Positions 36,329 to 44,726 of a DNA stretch of 52,888 nt are shown piece by piece. Source of the stretch: a virus (Duplodnaviria > Caudoviricetes); the IMG/VR virus record IMGVR_UViG_3300046703_000201, positions 1 to 52,888 of that record. The stretch is one strand, 5' to 3'. The position numbers and the translations under genes are program-made. Each line of letters opens with the position of its first letter. Positions within the stretch are counted from its first letter, which is position 1. A model generated the notes under the pieces. It made no database searches and was not told the DNA's origin. It worked only from the letters and a program-made list of their open reading frames with translations.

Positions 36329-36556
36329 ATGGATATACAAAATTTCGTGGAATTTTTATTCAACGAAGTTCCGCCCTGCGAAAAATTCCGGTGTGAAAAT
36401 CTGGTCGCTTGCCAAAACAATATGCTGGCCTGTGAAGCGTTTTATCACTGGGTACAGTCGGGTCATTCTCATTCACCGCGCAAGAGCCGGTATAGCTTCA
36501 CCAGCGGCAAGATTTTTGCGTCGAAAGCGATTTTTCAGCAGATTTATCAGGAATAA
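36329..36556 (+). CDS. Small Cys-rich hypothetical protein
   Basis: PPC..C..C..ACEAF. Confidence 0.55.
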   Translation: MDIQNFVEFLFNEVPPCEKFRCENLVACQNNMLACEAFYHWVQSGHSHSPRKSRYSFTSGKIFASKAIFQQIYQE

Positions 36557-36559
36557 ATT

Positions 36560-36778
36560 ATGCGCTGGTTCCACAAACTCTACGCCAAAGCCTTCGGTTA
36601 CTTCTGGTTGCCCTGTCCGGTCTGCGGCGAACATTTTGGTGGACATGAAATTCTGAACAAGAAAACCGCGCACGTCATGATTGACGGCAAGACTTGGAAT
36701 GTCTGCACCAAAGAAACGTGCAACTCCGAAGCAACCAGCCAGAGCATCAAAAAATGGTTTCGACCATCGGCCCAATAA
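36560..36778 (+). CDS. Small zinc-finger protein
   Basis: GYFWLPCPVCG..FGGHE. Confidence 0.6.
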   Translation: MRWFHKLYAKAFGYFWLPCPVCGEHFGGHEILNKKTAHVMIDGKTWNVCTKETCNSEATSQSIKKWFRPSAQ

Positions 36779-36896
36779 TCGGACCGGGCATTCTGTTGAA
36801 GACTATCTGCGAAATCTGCGGCAAGAACAAGAATGACAAAACGCACAATAGTGCGCGCTGCTCCAGGATAAAGCAGCAGCGGTACAGGAGAAAATC

Positions 36897-37106
36897 ATGG
36901 CAGCCTTAAAAAACAACCTCGGCTACAAAGTCCGCACCCAGACACTCGACTGGAACCAGATGGTTCGTGCGTCTTGGGGGTCGGAGTTTGCCGCGCCGGA
37001 TCATGGCGTGTATGAATTTTCCAACGGGCGCATGTTCGATTCGACCGACCGTTCCAAATCGGGCATCTACGGGATACCGGGCATCAACTACCTGATGGTG
37101 GGATGA
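36897..37106 (+). CDS. Hypothetical protein
   Basis: AGGAG RBS; YEFSNGR.F motif. Confidence 0.6.
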   Translation: MAALKNNLGYKVRTQTLDWNQMVRASWGSEFAAPDHGVYEFSNGRMFDSTDRSKSGIYGIPGINYLMVG

Positions 37107-37178
37107 CGGTAAATATCCAGATATGCCGTCGAACGACCACATGCTGCAAGAAAGTCTGTTCAGAATCGAGCTTGAATA

Positions 37179-38918
37179 ATGGCTGACTCAACCATATCGC
37201 AACTGCCCGCCGCGATTACGATTGGCGGAACAGACCTGATTCCGATTGACCAGGGCGGGGTGACCAAAAAAGCGCCAGTATCCCTGCTGGGTTTGCTCAC
37301 GCTGAACATTGCCACGGGCAAGACGCTAACGGTACTCAACAGTTTAACGCTGGCCGGCACGGACGGCACCAGCATGATCTTCCCGTCCACCACGGCCACT
37401 ATCGCCAGGACGGATGCAGCGCAGACGTTTGCCGGCACGCAGACATTTATCGACACGATCAATGGCAGCATCAACGGTAATGCGGCATCGGCAAGCACTC
37501 TTGCCAATACCGATGATACTACCACCAGCGCCGCGATGTACCCGTTGTGGACTGCGACGGTAGGTGGAAACTATGCCGCAAAAGTATCCTCGACCAAACT
37601 GACGTTCAATCCAAGCAGCGGAGTTTTAACGGCGACAGGATTCTCCGGTCCGCTGACGGGGAACGTAGCCGGGAATTGTTCTGGAACATCCGGCTCCACT
37701 ACCGGCAATGCGGCGACGGCCACGGCATTGCAGACCGGACGCACCATCGACGGCACCACATTTGATGGCACCGTGAACATTTTGGTGGTTGCGCCAGCGA
37801 TCCATGCCGCCACCAACAAAACCACGCCAGTGGATGCCGATGAATTCGGTATCTGGGATAGTGTCTCAACCCTGCTAAACCATGTCACCTGGGCAAATAT
37901 AAAAGCCACGTTACTCGGCGTGATTGCCGGAAAGGCGGTACAGGTTGACCAAGTTGTAACGGCCTGGACGCGCGCTGCGACGACGACCCTGGGCACCTCG
38001 CTGAACGGCACAATTTCCAATACCAGCACCACCATCACCGCATTCAATGGTGTCGCCGGCGTAACGTACCATGTCAGGGCCTTGGGTGGCGGGCAAATCA
38101 CGCATAACGCCACCGACCTCATCATCACGCAGGGCGAAGTAGACCGAATCACGGCGGCAGGCGATACGTTCGATGTGGAAATGCTTACGGCGACCACTTG
38201 CCGGGTCAAGAATTACATAACATCTGCGGGTTTATCTGCTGATATAGGCGCGGCGATTCATGCCGCGACTAACAAGACTACTCCGGTAGACGCGGACGAA
38301 ATTGGTATCTGGGATAGCGTATCGGGATTATTGAACTATGTCACTTGGGCGAATCTCAAGACCACATTGGGCGGCACGTTTGCTGCGTTGGCGGGATTGA
38401 GCACACAAGTATTCAGTGTAGCCACGGCGACCAGTGCCGCCCACGCAGTCCGGCTGGATCAGCGTTCCGACCCATATATTTTAATAAGAGACGAAAAAGC
38501 CGACACTACAATTGGGGGTACATTTACATCCGGCGCATGGAAAACCCGCACGCTGAATACAATAGTGGCAGACACAAGTTCATTGGCATCTTTGGCTTCC
38601 AATCAAATAACGCTAACAGCCGGAACATATCGTTTTAAGGCTAATGCCCCGGCGTGGCTGGTAGATAGAAACTTGTTGCGATTACAAAACATCACGGCAG
38701 GAACAACAATTCTAGTGGGTGGTAATTCTGATTCCGGTGCGACATCCAGTGCAATGGTCAGAGCAACGATTGAAGGCGAATTTACCATTGCGGCTTCCCA
38801 GGCACTTGAATTACAGCATCGTTGTCAAAGCACCACGGCAAACGAAGGTTTTGGTCTTGCCATGTCATTTGGCGTAACAGAAGTTTATGCGGTAATTGAA
38901 TTCTGGAAGAAAAATTAA
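37179..38918 (+). CDS. Fibre-like virion protein with an internal duplication
   Basis: MADSTISQLPAA start, Thr/Ala/Gly-rich, GNAATATALQTGRTI, duplicated 39-aa segment. Confidence 0.7.
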   Translation: MADSTISQLPAAITIGGTDLIPIDQGGVTKKAPVSLLGLLTLNIATGKTLTVLNSLTLAGTDGTSMIFPSTTATIARTDAAQTFAGTQTFIDTINGSINGNAASASTLANTDDTTTSAAMYPLWTATVGGNYAAKVSSTKLTFNPSSGVLTATGFSGPLTGNVAGNCSGTSGSTTGNAATATALQTGRTIDGTTFDGTVNILVVAPAIHAATNKTTPVDADEFGIWDSVSTLLNHVTWANIKATLLGVIAGKAVQVDQVVTAWTRAATTTLGTSLNGTISNTSTTITAFNGVAGVTYHVRALGGGQITHNATDLIITQGEVDRITAAGDTFDVEMLTATTCRVKNYITSAGLSADIGAAIHAATNKTTPVDADEIGIWDSVSGLLNYVTWANLKTTLGGTFAALAGLSTQVFSVATATSAAHAVRLDQRSDPYILIRDEKADTTIGGTFTSGAWKTRTLNTIVADTSSLASLASNQITLTAGTYRFKANAPAWLVDRNLLRLQNITAGTTILVGGNSDSGATSSAMVRATIEGEFTIAASQALELQHRCQSTTANEGFGLAMSFGVTEVYAVIEFWKKN

Positions 38919-38934
38919 CCTGAAAGGACAAAAC

Positions 38935-39102
38935 ATGCCCCTGAAAAAAGGTAAAAGCCAAAAAGTCATCAGCGAAAACATCAGCGAATTCCACAAAGGC
39001 GGGACTTACGCCAAGACCAAGGCGAAGCACGGCAAGAGCACTGCCGACCAGCAGGCGATTGCCGCCGCGATGGAAACTGCACGCAGGACCAAGCGCAAAT
39101 GA
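38935..39102 (+). CDS. Small basic conserved phage protein
   Basis: MPLKKGKSQKVISENI..QAIAAAM. Confidence 0.75.
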   Translation: MPLKKGKSQKVISENISEFHKGGTYAKTKAKHGKSTADQQAIAAAMETARRTKRK

Positions 39103-39455
39103 ACCTGCACGAACTTGACCCGAAGTTTTTCGCAGATGAAGAAATTCATCTTAATCTTGCCGCCATCTACAGCGAACATGAGCGTCATACGCACCAGCGC
39201 GGACTGGAAGCAGTGTTCATCGAGGGCTATCACTATGCGCTCGACTATCCAATGCCGAAGCCTGAATTGCAACAGGAATTGGATAACCTGCGCGACGAGT
39301 TCAACGCATTGCAGCAAAAATACGATGCGCTGAACGCGAAATTTAACATCAACCAGCCAGCCGTTGACCCAATACTGGCAGACGAAATGCAGACCAAGGT
39401 GATTTCTCAAGTGCTGGGCATGGGCGATGTGTTCCGGTGCGGGAGAACGGTATGA
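39099..39455 (+). CDS. Hypothetical protein
   Basis: ATGA overlap; coiled coil. Confidence 0.6.
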   Translation: MNLHELDPKFFADEEIHLNLAAIYSEHERHTHQRGLEAVFIEGYHYALDYPMPKPELQQELDNLRDEFNALQQKYDALNAKFNINQPAVDPILADEMQTKVISQVLGMGDVFRCGRTV

Positions 39456-39781
39456 CAGACATCCAGACCGTCGAATCAACTCCCGATGCGGAAAACACGC
39501 AGATGGAGATGATCGCCAAACTCGCCGCCCAGATTCTCTCCAACCACTATCCCGCGCACGTATGGATGGTCGGTTGGGCGCCGGGCATGACACTGGTCAT
39601 CAAAAATATGGCATTGGATGCCAGATATGGCTACACCGTGGACGCCGGACGCGCGGCCAGTGTTTCCCAACTTGAACACGCCGTGATGATGGGCGGCGGC
39701 GAGTTGCTGGAACGCATGGGCATGAAGCGGGGGGCGTGGGATGGGGAGTTTGCGGGACAAGCGGAAGGAATACCGTTATGA
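39452..39781 (+). CDS. Conserved phage hypothetical protein
   Basis: HYPAHVW, GGELLER.G..RG. Confidence 0.7.
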   Translation: MTDIQTVESTPDAENTQMEMIAKLAAQILSNHYPAHVWMVGWAPGMTLVIKNMALDARYGYTVDAGRAASVSQLEHAVMMGGGELLERMGMKRGAWDGEFAGQAEGIPL

Positions 39782-39870
39782 GGATTCAGGATACGGGATA
39801 CAGGATTCAGGGGGTGCTGTGCGTGCTATGCACGCGGTTTTTTTTCTGCATCCTACATCCTGCATCCTGA
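39779..39870. repeat. Inverted heptamer arrays (CAGGATn/nATCCTG)
   Basis: Two opposed arrays around a spacer. Confidence 0.8.
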
Positions 39871-39871
39871 C

Positions 39872-40258
39872 ATGGACCCGCGCCAAGAAAATGAAGGCTG
39901 GATCGGCGTAGACCTGGACGGCACGCTGGCCTATTACGACGGCTTCAAGGGCGACGATGTGGTGGGTGAACCAATCGAGCCGATGGTCAGGCAAGTCCGA
40001 AAATGGCTGGCAGACGGGCGTGATGTACGTATCTTCACTGCCCGATCACCCCATCCGGTCATTCGCAAGTTTTGCAAAGACAATCTGGGCAAAATACTGC
40101 CGATCACCAACCTCAAAGACCACAAAATGCAGGCGCTGTATGACGACAGGGCGGTCGGGATCAAGCGCAACGAAGGCATTCCATTTGATGACGATAATGT
40201 CGAACAGGTGTTTGGCGAAACAGACGACGAAGAATCGGACGACGAAGAGAAAGATTGA
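39872..40258 (+). CDS. HAD-superfamily phosphatase-like protein
   Basis: IGVDLDGTLA, IFTAR, K, LYDDRA. Confidence 0.8.
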   Translation: MDPRQENEGWIGVDLDGTLAYYDGFKGDDVVGEPIEPMVRQVRKWLADGRDVRIFTARSPHPVIRKFCKDNLGKILPITNLKDHKMQALYDDRAVGIKRNEGIPFDDDNVEQVFGETDDEESDDEEKD

Positions 40259-40260
40259 AC

Positions 40261-40509
40261 ATGCTGCCAGCGCGCGACTATTTGGGTGACGAAGTTTGGA
40301 AGGAATGGAAGCAGGATTTTGACCAACTCATGGCTTATCGCAAGACCATCAAAGGCAAACCCGATGCCTACCAGCGCGCCATGCTGGAACTCAACCAGCC
40401 TTGGATAGATTTTTACAAGACCGCATTATTCCATGATGCCGGAAAACCGGATTGCAACTGCCGCAGATGTGCCCAATCATTGAAAAGGATGAAAAATAAT
40501 GTTCAATAA
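40261..40509 (+). CDS. Hypothetical protein
   Basis: ORF in operon with C.C..C motif. Confidence 0.5.
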   Translation: MLPARDYLGDEVWKEWKQDFDQLMAYRKTIKGKPDAYQRAMLELNQPWIDFYKTALFHDAGKPDCNCRRCAQSLKRMKNNVQ

Positions 40510-40720
40510 ATTTCGCCGTTATTGGAAAGCATTTTTCATCCTGGTTCGTTACAACGAATATGTTTTCTATATTATTGAACAAGAGTGTTTTAATCAATCT
40601 GAACTCAAAGAAAGAGTAAAAGATAATGAGCAATATGTGGAAAACTGTAAATTAAAAAAATTCGCTCAGCAGAATTATGCGGATGTTCAGGCCGGACTAT
40701 GGAGAGAAGGTACTAATTAA
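40499..40720 (+). CDS. Hypothetical protein
   Basis: AT-rich ORF coupled to the portal start (TAATG). Confidence 0.5.
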   Translation: MFNKFRRYWKAFFILVRYNEYVFYIIEQECFNQSELKERVKDNEQYVENCKLKKFAQQNYADVQAGLWREGTN

Positions 40721-42993
40721 TGGCATCTTTGCTTCCCGACCGTAAAAACACTGCTCCTACCGCCCAGACCGGCGGCAGGAATGGTGCCATCAGCACGCCG
40801 CGCGGCGACACACCCGACTGGCTCTCGCGCGCCCAGCGTGCCTATAGCTCATCCACCACCTATGTGGACGCGAACTATCGCAAACAGTGGGAAGACTCGA
40901 TCCGCTCATTCAACAACCAGCACGCCACCGACTCGAAATATAACGCCCCCGCCTACGACAAGCGCAGCAAACTGTTCCGGCCAAAAACGCGGTCCATCAT
41001 CCGCAAGAACGAAGCCGCCGCCGCAGCGGCTTTTTTCTCCAACCTGGATGTGACCAGCATTTTACCTTCCGACCCGAACAACAAGGCCGAAGTCGCAAGT
41101 GCCGCGATCATGAAAGAACTGATGCAATACCGCCTGACCAAAACCATCCCGTGGTTTATGGTCGTGCTGGGCGGTTTGCAGGATGCGCAAGTGGCCGGCG
41201 TGGTGTGCGCGCACGTCTACTGGAAATACGAAGAACGTAACCCTGAAAATGTGGCGGAGCGGACGGGTTTGAAACCCGCCCCTACGGAGGAAACGTCTGA
41301 TCTGCCGGAAGACGCCATGCTGCGCCAAGTTCCGCCCGAAGTCATGATGGGCACCACCGGCATGTCGCGTGATGAAATGATGGGTAGGGGCGGGTTTGAA
41401 ACCCGCCCTTCGCAAGACGAAGAATACCCCGCCCAAACACAACTGCCTGACAATGCGATGCAGGCCACCCCCGAAGGTTTGAGCAAAGAAACCGCACCGC
41501 CCATTGAAGGCGAAATCGTAGTAGAACAAGAAGCAGTCGTCATCCTGAAAGACGAACCCGCCATAGACCTCATCCCGGTGGAAAACCTGCGCATCGACCC
41601 ATCAGCAAGTTGGATCGACCCGGTAAACACCTCGCCCTACCTCATCCACCTCATCCCGATGTATGCGATGGATGTCAAGGCCAAGATGAAAACCGGCGAG
41701 TGGAAAAACATGTCCGAGTCCGAGATTGCGGCAGCGACCGAAATCACCCCCGACTCCACCCGCATCACCCGCAACAAAAACAAGGACGACCCCTATACCG
41801 GCGCATCGAGAGACGTATCCGACTACGAAATCATCTGGATACAGCGCCACATCCATAAGTCCAATGGCGACGACTGGGAGTTTTACACCTTGGGCGACAT
41901 CGCCCTGCTGACTGAAGCCCGCCTGTTAAAAGACAGCGTATTCACCGGCAAGCGTCCCTATGTCATTGGCAATTGCAATATCGAAACCCACAAGGTCATG
42001 CCGTCCCCCATCACCCTGCTAGCAAAGGGCTTGCAGGACGAAACCAACGAAATCGCCAACCAGCGCATCGACAACGTAAAGTTTGTGCTAAACAAAAAAT
42101 GGTTCGTAAAGCGCGGCAAGGAAGCCGATGTAACCGGCCTGCTGCGCAATGTGCCCGGCGGCGTGGTCATGCTGGACGACCCCGAAACCGACGTGCGTGA
42201 AGTGACCTGGCAGGATGTCACAGCCAGCTCGTTTCAGGAACACCAGACCCTCTCGCTGGAAATGGACGAACTGCTCGGCAGTTTCAACCCTGCCGCCCTG
42301 ATGATCGCCGGGGCGAACAACTCCCCGGCCAAGAACATGCAGATGGTATCGAACAGTTCCGGCACGCTGACGGAATACCTGATCCGCACCTATGTTGAAA
42401 CCTTCGTGCAGCCGGTGTTGCGTATGCTCATGCTGCTCGAACAAAAGTACGAAACCGACCAAGTCGTGCTGGCCTTTGCCGGCAAGCGGGCAGAGCTGTT
42501 CCAGCGGTTCGGCATCGACAAAGTAACCGATGAATTACTGGAAAAAGAACTCACCCTCACCGTGAACGTCGGCATGGGCGCCACCGACCCGAACGCCAAG
42601 CTGAACCGCTTCATCGCGGGTATTACCGCTTACACCGCTGTGATCTCTCGTCCCGTCCCCGGACTCAATGTAGCCGAAGTAGGCAAGGAAATCTTCGCGC
42701 ACCTGGGCTATTCTGACGGGGCGAGGTTCACGACCGTGGACAACCCGCAAGTGCTGCAACTGCAACAACAACTGCAACAGGCACAAGGCATCATCCAGCA
42801 ACTTCAGCAAAAGACCAAGGAAAAACAAACCGGCCATATGGTATCCTTGCAGAAAGCACGGGAAGGCAACCAGACCAAGCTGACGGCGGTACAAATACAG
42901 GAAGAAAACGAGAATAAACGTGCCGTGGCGACCCATATGCGCGCGCTGATGGAAGCGCAGCAGATGCTTGGGAAGACAGGAAAGGTAGTTTAA
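40720..42993 (+). CDS. Portal protein (P22/N4-like podovirus)
   Basis: RSKLFRPKTR, NLRIDP.A, LQDETNEIANQRIDN, Gln-rich C-terminal barrel; synteny. Confidence 0.85.
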   Translation: MASLLPDRKNTAPTAQTGGRNGAISTPRGDTPDWLSRAQRAYSSSTTYVDANYRKQWEDSIRSFNNQHATDSKYNAPAYDKRSKLFRPKTRSIIRKNEAAAAAAFFSNLDVTSILPSDPNNKAEVASAAIMKELMQYRLTKTIPWFMVVLGGLQDAQVAGVVCAHVYWKYEERNPENVAERTGLKPAPTEETSDLPEDAMLRQVPPEVMMGTTGMSRDEMMGRGGFETRPSQDEEYPAQTQLPDNAMQATPEGLSKETAPPIEGEIVVEQEAVVILKDEPAIDLIPVENLRIDPSASWIDPVNTSPYLIHLIPMYAMDVKAKMKTGEWKNMSESEIAAATEITPDSTRITRNKNKDDPYTGASRDVSDYEIIWIQRHIHKSNGDDWEFYTLGDIALLTEARLLKDSVFTGKRPYVIGNCNIETHKVMPSPITLLAKGLQDETNEIANQRIDNVKFVLNKKWFVKRGKEADVTGLLRNVPGGVVMLDDPETDVREVTWQDVTASSFQEHQTLSLEMDELLGSFNPAALMIAGANNSPAKNMQMVSNSSGTLTEYLIRTYVETFVQPVLRMLMLLEQKYETDQVVLAFAGKRAELFQRFGIDKVTDELLEKELTLTVNVGMGATDPNAKLNRFIAGITAYTAVISRPVPGLNVAEVGKEIFAHLGYSDGARFTTVDNPQVLQLQQQLQQAQGIIQQLQQKTKEKQTGHMVSLQKAREGNQTKLTAVQIQEENENKRAVATHMRALMEAQQMLGKTGKVV
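41261..41408. repeat. Two REP copies translated in frame inside the portal gene
   Basis: 41261-41285 GGACGGGTTTGAAACCCGCCCCTAC and 41384-41408 GTAGGGGCGGGTTTGAAACCCGCCC. Confidence 0.85.
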
Positions 42994-43275
42994 ATGAACC
43001 CCACCGAAACCGAAGTATTAGTCGATGTCGCCGTGCTGGGCGAACAGGTAGACCAGTTCCTCAAGAGCCATATTGGCAGATACATGGTAGCAAAGGCCGA
43101 AGCGGAATACGATGCCGGTATCGAATCGCTCAAAAACTGCGACCCCTACGACCCGATAGGTATTAGCGCGGCGATGAACGTGGTAAAACGCGCCGAAAGT
43201 ATCAAGGAATGGCTGGTAGAAGCGGTGGGGGCAGGGTTGCGCGCGCAGATGATTCTGGAGGATCGGGAAGAATGA
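42994..43275 (+). CDS. Conserved small protein downstream of portal
   Basis: LGEQVDQFLKSHIGRY..WL.EAV..G. Confidence 0.75.
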   Translation: MNPTETEVLVDVAVLGEQVDQFLKSHIGRYMVAKAEAEYDAGIESLKNCDPYDPIGISAAMNVVKRAESIKEWLVEAVGAGLRAQMILEDREE

Positions 43276-43321
43276 GTTATAACTGATTTCAGGTATAGTT
43301 TGGTATAAAGCATCAAAACGC

Positions 43322-43549
43322 ATGGCGATTGTCCCCGGTGAAAGCAGAAGTCTTTAAAAAGATGTAACTGAAAGGGGTTGGTCCGTCCCCGAACTATTTT
43401 GGGGATGATTCCGCAAAGACAGTCGCCATCCGTGTTGGTGCGAACGCATGAAAATGCACAGGGCAGTGAATAAGAGTAGGTAGCAATGCAGAACCAAGCA
43501 ATTGCAAGCCGAAGTCGCCGCTAGAGCTTGGGTGAAACGGCCACCAACA
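43322..43549 (+). ncRNA. Candidate structured RNA
   Basis: Two long-range closing helices and GNRA-like hairpins in a non-coding gap. Confidence 0.4.
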
Positions 43550-43556
43550 ACCAATC

Positions 43557-43632
43557 GTAGGGGCGGGTTTCAAACCCGCCCTTGGCACGCTGCATAACAA
43601 CCCACACGGGCAGGTTTGAAACCTGTCCCTAC
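43557..43632. repeat. REP doublet
   Basis: GTAG...CTAC-bounded pair. Confidence 0.85.
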
Positions 43633-43642
43633 GCATTTATAT

Positions 43643-43697
43643 AAGACCGCCTTTGCGGTCTTTTTTCATTTCCAAGCCCCTCTTTCGGGGCTTTTTT
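43643..43697 (+). terminator. Two tandem intrinsic-terminator-like hairpins
   Basis: AAGACCGC..GCGGTCTTTTTT and AAGCCCC..GGGGCTTTTTT. Confidence 0.7.
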
Positions 43698-43714
43698 CAT
43701 TTTCGGAGAAAAAA

Positions 43715-44704
43715 ATGCCCATAGAGAATACCGACCAGACCAAAATCAATATCCCCGATGAAGGCGAAACAATCGGCAGCGCGAATGATGCACGTCTGAA
43801 AATGTATTCGCAGATCAACGACCAGAACGACAAATCGCTGGCCGACAATGGCGACTTGGCGGACATAAATGACGATGGCACCACCACCGCATTCAGGGCC
43901 GAAGAAAACCTTACCGATGAAGAAATCACCGAACGCGAATTGCAACGCGCGCAGGACGAAGCGAACCAAACAGACACGGACGAAACTGCCCCCGTGGATG
44001 CGCCGGTAAAACACAAACTCAAGGTCAACGGCAAAGAACTTGAACTCACCACCGAAGAATTGATCGAGCGCGCACAGAAAGTCGAATCCGCCGATGAATA
44101 CCTTAAAGAAGCCGCGCGCTTAAAGCGCGAAACGCAACCCCAAATTACCCAGCCGCAACCATCTGTAGCAGACGATGCGGCTGTACTCAGCGAAGAGCGG
44201 AGGGCGCTGGTCCGCGCCATACAAATGGGCACAGAAGAAGAAGCAATGGCAGCTATCGAAAAATTGCAGGCCAGGACGACTCCATCCGTGAATACGGACG
44301 ACATATCCAGGGCTGTCGATGAGCGCATTACTTTCAACGATGCCGTAACGTGGTTTCAATCCGAGTACAAGGACTTGGTCAGCGACCCCACCCTGCTGAA
44401 CGTCACCCTGCAACGCGACAAGGAATTGCTCGCACGGGGCGACACCCGCAGTTACCGGGAACGCTACGAAGAAATCGGCAAGGAAGTCAGGACATGGCGA
44501 GACCAACTCGTCAAGGCCGCGACCCCTGCCGCACCTCCACCTCCGGATAAGCAAGCCCGCAAGGCAGCGGCGCCGGTCGTACCTGTCGGAGCCAGCACCA
44601 AGGCGCCGCAAGTGGCCGACGATGAAGAAAATGAGGAATCCGTTGGAGAGATCATATCCGCGATGGCAAAAGCACGCGGCGGTCCCCAATGGCTTCGCGG
44701 TTAA
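43715..44704 (+). CDS. Capsid scaffolding protein
   Basis: Acidic; KLKVNGKELELT..EL; ends IISAMAKARG; precedes the capsid gene; GGAG RBS. Confidence 0.75.
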   Translation: MPIENTDQTKINIPDEGETIGSANDARLKMYSQINDQNDKSLADNGDLADINDDGTTTAFRAEENLTDEEITERELQRAQDEANQTDTDETAPVDAPVKHKLKVNGKELELTTEELIERAQKVESADEYLKEAARLKRETQPQITQPQPSVADDAAVLSEERRALVRAIQMGTEEEAMAAIEKLQARTTPSVNTDDISRAVDERITFNDAVTWFQSEYKDLVSDPTLLNVTLQRDKELLARGDTRSYRERYEEIGKEVRTWRDQLVKAATPAAPPPPDKQARKAAAPVVPVGASTKAPQVADDEENEESVGEIISAMAKARGGPQWLRG

Positions 44705-44726
44705 TCGACAATCAAGGAGAATTATC

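Noticed and set aside
37790-38370. Diversity-generating retroelement TR/VR pair
   Set aside because: The duplication is in frame within one gene, differences are not adenine-specific, and no reverse transcriptase is present
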